Assembly: GCA_902597385.1 (NCBI GenBank)
Contig: CACJXQ010000007.1
Location: 4,272 to 68,271, forward strand
Origin: an uncultured Pseudomonadota bacterium
GTDB taxonomy: Bacteria; Pseudomonadota; Gammaproteobacteria; Ga0077536
Direction of reading: 5' to 3'
DNA: 64,000 bases
The notes under the pieces were generated by a model. It saw only the letters and a list, made by a program, of their open reading frames with translations. It was not told where the DNA came from and made no database searches. Shown here piece after piece: positions 59,802 to 64,000 of the stretch (its first letter is position 1; every line of letters starts with the position of its first letter). The translations under genes were made by a program, and so were the position numbers.

Positions 59802-62110
59802 CTTATGAGACCTCCTTCCCTTACTCGTTTATAGGAACTACCCTTTCGAAGCCGTGGATTTGAAGGCCTCACACTACTTAGGCAACTTTTAGAAGTTGGA
59901 ACTTTAGTTGCAACATGGAAGGGCAAATGGTCTGCGCCTGGACAACTTTGTGGCACCTGTTTACCTGCCGCAATGTTCATATGTCGGTAGATAATTCCAG
60001 GAGGATTTTCAAATACCAATGGTTTAATTTCTGAAAATCGCATAAAGTCGCTCCAGACCCTCAAAGCCCCACTGCTACCTGTTAAGCCCGTGGGTTGATT
60101 ATCGTCTCGTCCCACCCAGACTCCCCCTAGTCGGTTGTTACCGAAACCGACGAACCAACTATCCCTGTTATCGTCAGAGGTGCCAGTTTTTCCTGCAATA
60201 GGGAACGTATCGAATGTATGCTTTAAAGATTTTCCAGTGCCTTGCTCTATAACTTGCGTTAACGCATAGCGGACCAAACTGGAGGTAGCTGGATCGATTG
60301 CTGGCTTTAGTTTAAGTGGGTAGCGCTTTAAAATTTCATCACCGCTCGATGTAACTTCTCGAATAGCTCGCAGTGGAATTTTAAATCCATTATTGGCAAA
60401 GACCGTATACATTTCAGTCAATTCAAGCGGACTTAACTCAATAGCGCCTAGGAGAATGGAGGGATATTCCTCTAATATCTCCAAACCTCCCAACTTTTTT
60501 AGGTATTCTGTGATCTTTGGCACACCGATACTAGCGCCAAGATTAACAGTGGCCAAGTTTTGCGAATAAACCAGACTATCTAGCAGAGAAATTTCTCCTT
60601 TCTCTTTCTCATCAAAGTTCTGGGGACTCCAAATTGTTCCATCTTCTAGTTCCCAATCTACTTCAGTATCCTTCAAGGTTGTTGCCAGAGAAAATCTATT
60701 AGCCTCAGAAAGGGCCAAGGCGTATATAAAAGGTTTAATCATTGAACCAACTTGTCTCTTAGCTTTTAAAGCCCGATTAAACCCGCCGGGCGCTAGTCTT
60801 AACCCTCCAGACAAGGTCAGTATCTCTCCTGTTCTGGGGTCAATAACCACGCTAGCAACCTGGAGCACTCCTTCCGTTCCTAATTCCTTTTCTATTCTAT
60901 TCAGTGTCGCAGCTACCGACTTTGTCACTTTGTTGTGAAAGTATAAATCCAATGAAGTATGGATCTTTAATCCGGCGTTTCTTATCGCCTCTTGGTCATA
61001 CTGTTTTTTTAATTGGATTTTCACCAGATCGAGAAAAGCGGTCAGCTCCCCAACACCTCTAAATTGCGAACCCTTGACGTCAAGCGGAAGTTGTACGAAT
61101 TCTTCTCTTCTAGCCTTTGATATCAACCCTTGTTTCTCCATCACACCTAGAACAAAATTCCGCCTCTTAAGGCTACGCTCCGGTGATGTCCTCGGGTTAA
61201 ATGCTGAGGGCCCTTTCAGCATACCGACCAAAGAAGCTATGGCCGGCACATCCAATTCTTGCAGGGGCTTTCCGAAATAAAATTGGGAAGCTAAACCAAA
61301 ACCATGAATTGCCCTATTCCCGTCTTGTCCGAGAAAAATCTCATTAGCGTAAACCTCTAATATCTGTTCTTTTGAAAAGCGTAGTTCTATCGAAAGGGCC
61401 ATTAAAAGCTCAGTTATTTTGCGCCTAATTGTCCTCTCTCGGGTAAGGTAAAAATTTTTCGCCAATTGTTGAGTAAGCGTACTACCTCCCTGAACATACG
61501 CTCTTGCCCTAACATTAGATATTATTGCTCGTACCAAACCAGTAAAATCGAAACCGTGGTGCGTAAAAAACCTACGATCTTCAACCGCGACAAGAGTATC
61601 TATGAGAATCGTGGGGAGCTGATTATAATCGAGGAGGATCCTATCCTCATAGGTTTTTGGGTTTATCGAGCCGATGATTACTGGCTCAGTTCGGGTTAGA
61701 TTAACGTTTTTGCCACTATCCATAGACCAAACTTGTTTAATTTCGGATCCCGAAAAAAGAACTTTCAGTCTTTGACTATACTCTACCGAATCCCAAAATT
61801 TATACCCTCTAGCATAATATTCCACCTCTTCCCCATTTTGACTAAACTCGCCAGGGCGACGAACTGTTTCTACTGAGGAATAACCCAGCATCTCGAGCTC
61901 GTAAACTAAACGACGGGGTGATAGCGAGGCACTAGAATATAATTCTAAGGGGCGTGCGTATATTTTAGCAGGCAAAGTCCATGAGGCAAATTCAAATGTG
62001 TCGTAAACTTTTTTGTCAAGCCATGCCCAGTAAGCCAGGAATCCTAGCAAGCACCATAGCGCGAGGTGTCTCAACAAGCGAAAAACTCTACTGACAATGC
62101 CTGATTTCAA
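59777..62110 (-). CDS. mrcB: Penicillin-binding protein 1B (bifunctional glycosyltransferase/transpeptidase)
   Basis: 777 aa with an N-terminal TM helix. The GT51 motifs are VAVEDRRFFTHHGFD and GGSTLTQQLAKN. The transpeptidase motifs are SMIKPF (SxxK), SQN and KTGT. Confidence 0.92.
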   Translation of the reverse strand: MKSGIVSRVFRLLRHLALWCLLGFLAYWAWLDKKVYDTFEFASWTLPAKIYARPLELYSSASLSPRRLVYELEMLGYSSVETVRRPGEFSQNGEEVEYYARGYKFWDSVEYSQRLKVLFSGSEIKQVWSMDSGKNVNLTRTEPVIIGSINPKTYEDRILLDYNQLPTILIDTLVAVEDRRFFTHHGFDFTGLVRAIISNVRARAYVQGGSTLTQQLAKNFYLTRERTIRRKITELLMALSIELRFSKEQILEVYANEIFLGQDGNRAIHGFGLASQFYFGKPLQELDVPAIASLVGMLKGPSAFNPRTSPERSLKRRNFVLGVMEKQGLISKARREEFVQLPLDVKGSQFRGVGELTAFLDLVKIQLKKQYDQEAIRNAGLKIHTSLDLYFHNKVTKSVAATLNRIEKELGTEGVLQVASVVIDPRTGEILTLSGGLRLAPGGFNRALKAKRQVGSMIKPFIYALALSEANRFSLATTLKDTEVDWELEDGTIWSPQNFDEKEKGEISLLDSLVYSQNLATVNLGASIGVPKITEYLKKLGGLEILEEYPSILLGAIELSPLELTEMYTVFANNGFKIPLRAIREVTSSGDEILKRYPLKLKPAIDPATSSLVRYALTQVIEQGTGKSLKHTFDTFPIAGKTGTSDDNRDSWFVGFGNNRLGGVWVGRDDNQPTGLTGSSGALRVWSDFMRFSEIKPLVFENPPGIIYRHMNIAAGKQVPQSCPGADHLPFHVATKVPTSKSCLSSVRPSNPRLRKGSSYKRVREGGLIRWLRDFLQ

Positions 62111-62240
62111 ATTTGCCTCGTGAACGCCCTAATGCAATCCGGAAAATAATCAAGGCTTACAGCCTATCAACTATATATTGCGGGGCAGAGTTCCGCCCAG
62201 CAACTCTATCAAGTGCAAGCCCTTTCCGTTTCTAATAAGG

Positions 62241-62272
62241 TAGAGAAAAGCTCGGGTTCCCTGTTCCCGAGC
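62241..62272 (-). terminator. Candidate Rho-independent terminator downstream of the Lys-repeat gene
   Basis: On the minus strand, GCTCGGG-AACAGGGAA-CCCGAGC forms a 7-bp stem with a 9-nt loop, followed by TTTTCTCTA. Confidence 0.45.
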
Positions 62273-62391
62273 CTTTCAAATACCGTACTTATTGCGCTTT
62301 TCAGCGGCATCTCTTCGACTTTCTAATTTTCGCCTAACTGACTTCGCAATATCCAACAGTCTCGACGAAATTTCAGCTTCTAGAGAATTTT

Positions 62392-62592
62392 CTACTTTTT
62401 TCTAGCAGGCCTTTTCTTAGCTACTTTCTTCTTAGCTACTTTCTTCTTAGCTACCTTTTTCTTAGCTACCTTATTCTTGGCTGCTTTTTTCTTAGCTACT
62501 TTCTTCTTAGCTACTTTGTTCTTAGCTACTTTATTCTTAGCTACCTTTTTCTTAGCTACTTTTTTCTTAGCTACTTTTTTCTTAGCTACCAT
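62392..62592 (-). CDS. Small lysine/alanine-rich repeat protein (histone H1-like, putative nucleic-acid binding)
   Basis: 66 aa: M + 12 x (V/A)AK(K/N)K + RPARKK. A GGGGGA Shine-Dalgarno-like element lies about 10 nt upstream of the ATG. The frame is maintained across all twelve 15-bp units. Confidence 0.6.
   Translation of the reverse strand: MVAKKKVAKKKVAKKKVAKNKVAKNKVAKKKVAKKKAAKNKVAKKKVAKKKVAKKKVAKKRPARKK
62416..62592 (-). repeat. 15-bp tandem repeat array (about 12 units) inside the coding sequence
   Basis: On the plus strand, the unit CTTAGCTAC(T/C)TT(N)TT is repeated head-to-tail from 62416. Variation is mostly at the K/N codon third position and one V-to-A unit. Confidence 0.9.
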
Positions 62593-62763
62593 TTTTTTCT
62601 AATCCCCCATGGATAAAAGTTGGTGAAAATTCTTAAATGCTAAATTCTGGTTATCTTTATATACAGTACTCATCGTCGATCTTCAATAAGGATATGCTTT
62701 TTTTTTATACATCGTAAAAAGATTACGAGTTTCACAACTCAACGGAATGAAACCACCTCGCGA

Positions 62764-63411
62764 CTAACTTAACAAGGAAAATATTTTTAATTTAATATCA
62801 TTGACATCGCCAACACCATTGATTTGTGTAAACGAAGCTCCTACATTTGCATCGGCATACTTTGTATACCAATTAACCAACGGTTTTGTTTGCTTCTGAT
62901 AAACTGAAAGTCGTTTTCTAACAGTAGCTTCCTGATCGTCATCTCGTTGAGTCAAAGGTTCTCCAGTTAAATCGTCTAAACCTACTTTTCTCGGAGGATT
63001 ATAAACTGAATGATAAGTTCTGCCGGAAGGTGGATGCACCCATCTGCCAGACATGCGTTGAACTATCTCCTCATCATCTACTCTAATTTCTATTATCAAG
63101 TCTAAGTCAATTTTAGCAGCGGCCAAACCTTCGGCTTGAGCAATGGTTCTAGGAAATCCGTCCAGTAGGAAGCCTTTTTTACAGTCCTGGTCTTGCACCC
63201 TCTCTCGCACCAACCCTAAAATGATGTCATCTGAAACAAGGTCTCCAGCATCCATAACCGTCTTAGCTGCCTTACCCAATTTAGTCCCAGCATTAACAGC
63301 TGCTCTTAACATGTCGCCGGTTGAAATCTTAGGAATTTGCAAATAGTCGCATACGTAGTCTCCTTGTGTTCCCTTACCCGCTCCCGGACCACCTAAAAGT
63401 ACAATCCGCAT
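62764..63411 (-). CDS. adk: Adenylate kinase
   Basis: 215 aa. [25 protein letters not shown] and the LID region match Adk. Confidence 0.96.
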   Translation of the reverse strand: MRIVLLGGPGAGKGTQGDYVCDYLQIPKISTGDMLRAAVNAGTKLGKAAKTVMDAGDLVSDDIILGLVRERVQDQDCKKGFLLDGFPRTIAQAEGLAAAKIDLDLIIEIRVDDEEIVQRMSGRWVHPPSGRTYHSVYNPPRKVGLDDLTGEPLTQRDDDQEATVRKRLSVYQKQTKPLVNWYTKYADANVGASFTQINGVGDVNDIKLKIFSLLS

Positions 63412-63519
63412 TCAAACCTCCTACTTTTAATTTCAAAAAAATTTGACGACCGTATTTCAAAGGCCTCATTATTAGAAGATATAGAATCAGAAGCAAATAA
63501 TCCAGGTCCCGTTAAGATA

Positions 63520-63876
63520 GTGACTGAACAAAAAACAGATACGGCTAACAAACAAATTCAATCCTATGACTCGCTTGGGCTCTCTATCGATGGCAGTTAT
63601 ACTCAATTTCCATGCTTAATCTTCGGCACAGTAATAAGGACTGATATTTTACCTTTGAAGTTTGAGTTATTTAACGACGAGCATTTGAATATTCTAGAAC
63701 GACTATCTCCCGAGCTCATATTAGTTGGAACCGGCACTCATCAACAGTTCCCAAAGCCTCAACAAGTAAGCTCCCAGCGCGCTATCGAATTTATGGATAC
63801 TGGTTCAGCTTGCCGGGTGTTTAATATTCTGACAGCAGAAGACAGGCATGTTCTTGCGGCCCTATTTCCTGCGTAA
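63520..63876 (+). CDS. Mth938-like / DUF498 domain protein
   Basis: 118 aa with a GTG start. PELILVGTGTHQQF and IEFMDTGSACRVFNILTAEDRHVLAAL fit my recollection of the Mth938/Xcc1710-like family. Confidence 0.7.
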   Translation: MTEQKTDTANKQIQSYDSLGLSIDGSYTQFPCLIFGTVIRTDILPLKFELFNDEHLNILERLSPELILVGTGTHQQFPKPQQVSSQRAIEFMDTGSACRVFNILTAEDRHVLAALFPA

Positions 63877-63880
63877 TGAT

Positions 63881-64000
63881 TCAACCTCCGCTTGGCAAAT
63901 ATAACTTTGGATTGACTGCCTTCCCGTTACGCCTAATCTCAAAATAAAGCATAACGGATTTGCTATCTGTGGACCCCATCCTTGCGATCTCTTGCTTGGG
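63881..64000 (-). CDS. nlpD: C-terminal 39 codons of an NlpD-like LytM-domain protein (5' part outside the window)
   Basis: My own translation reads PKQEIARMGSTDSKSVMLYFEIRRNGKAVNPKLYLPSGG*. It parallels the E. coli NlpD C-terminus ([34 protein letters not shown]). Confidence 0.6.
   Translation of the reverse strand, partial: PKQEIARMGSTDSKSVMLYFEIRRNGKAVNPKLYLPSGG

Noticed and set aside
62416-62592. The 15-bp tandem array read as a CRISPR-like or non-coding minisatellite element.
   Set aside because: The units are contiguous with no spacers and are far shorter than CRISPR repeats. All are in one frame with an ATG, a ribosome-binding site and a stop, so this is a coding repeat.

Overview
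The window is 64 kb of very gene-dense Gram-negative chromosome, probably from a streamlined marine gammaproteobacterium. By eye the GC content is about 40%; I did not compute it. The taxonomic guess rests on gene order and protein similarity only, since no search was possible. About 70% of the window (19-64 kb) is conserved housekeeping synteny, almost all on the minus strand. It includes tilS-accA-dnaE-rnhB-lpxB-lpxA-fabZ-skp-bamA-rseP-dxr-cdsA-uppS-frr-pyrH-tsf-rpsB. It continues with map, dusA, a pcm-like gene and tolC, then waaA-hldD-hldE, dsbC-xerD and rplS-trmD-rimM-rpsP. These are fused directly to pnp-rpsO-truB-rbfA-infB-nusA-rimP-tRNA-fMet, followed by PBP1B with a TPR lipoprotein, and adk. 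The left 19 kb is the accessory-like part. It holds a pterin-themed block (moaE, moaD, moaC, a pterin-4a-carbinolamine dehydratase and folP). It also holds a three-subunit tungsten-type aldehyde:ferredoxin oxidoreductase operon with its own MoaD-like gene and an unknown gene. Next come an orphan binding-protein plus 7-bladed YVTN beta-propeller pair, a TonB-dependent receptor, and a cytochrome b561/two-component/DUF1244 string. The block ends with an L,D-transpeptidase and an uncharacterised three-gene MotA/ExbB-like module. That module's second protein has an ExbD-like anchor and a periplasmic domain I cannot place. I saw no CRISPR array, prophage, IS element or rRNA. The best candidates for something undescribed are the MotA/ExbB-like trio (17.2-19.0 kb) and the aldehyde oxidoreductase / binding-protein / propeller / receptor neighbourhood (4.5-16.4 kb). 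Smaller oddities are a missing lpxD, a waaA with no canonical start codon, a 12x pentapeptide lysine-repeat protein, and an initiator tRNA with a U1-U72 mismatch. All family calls come from reading the translations against remembered family signatures and need HMM or BLAST confirmation.
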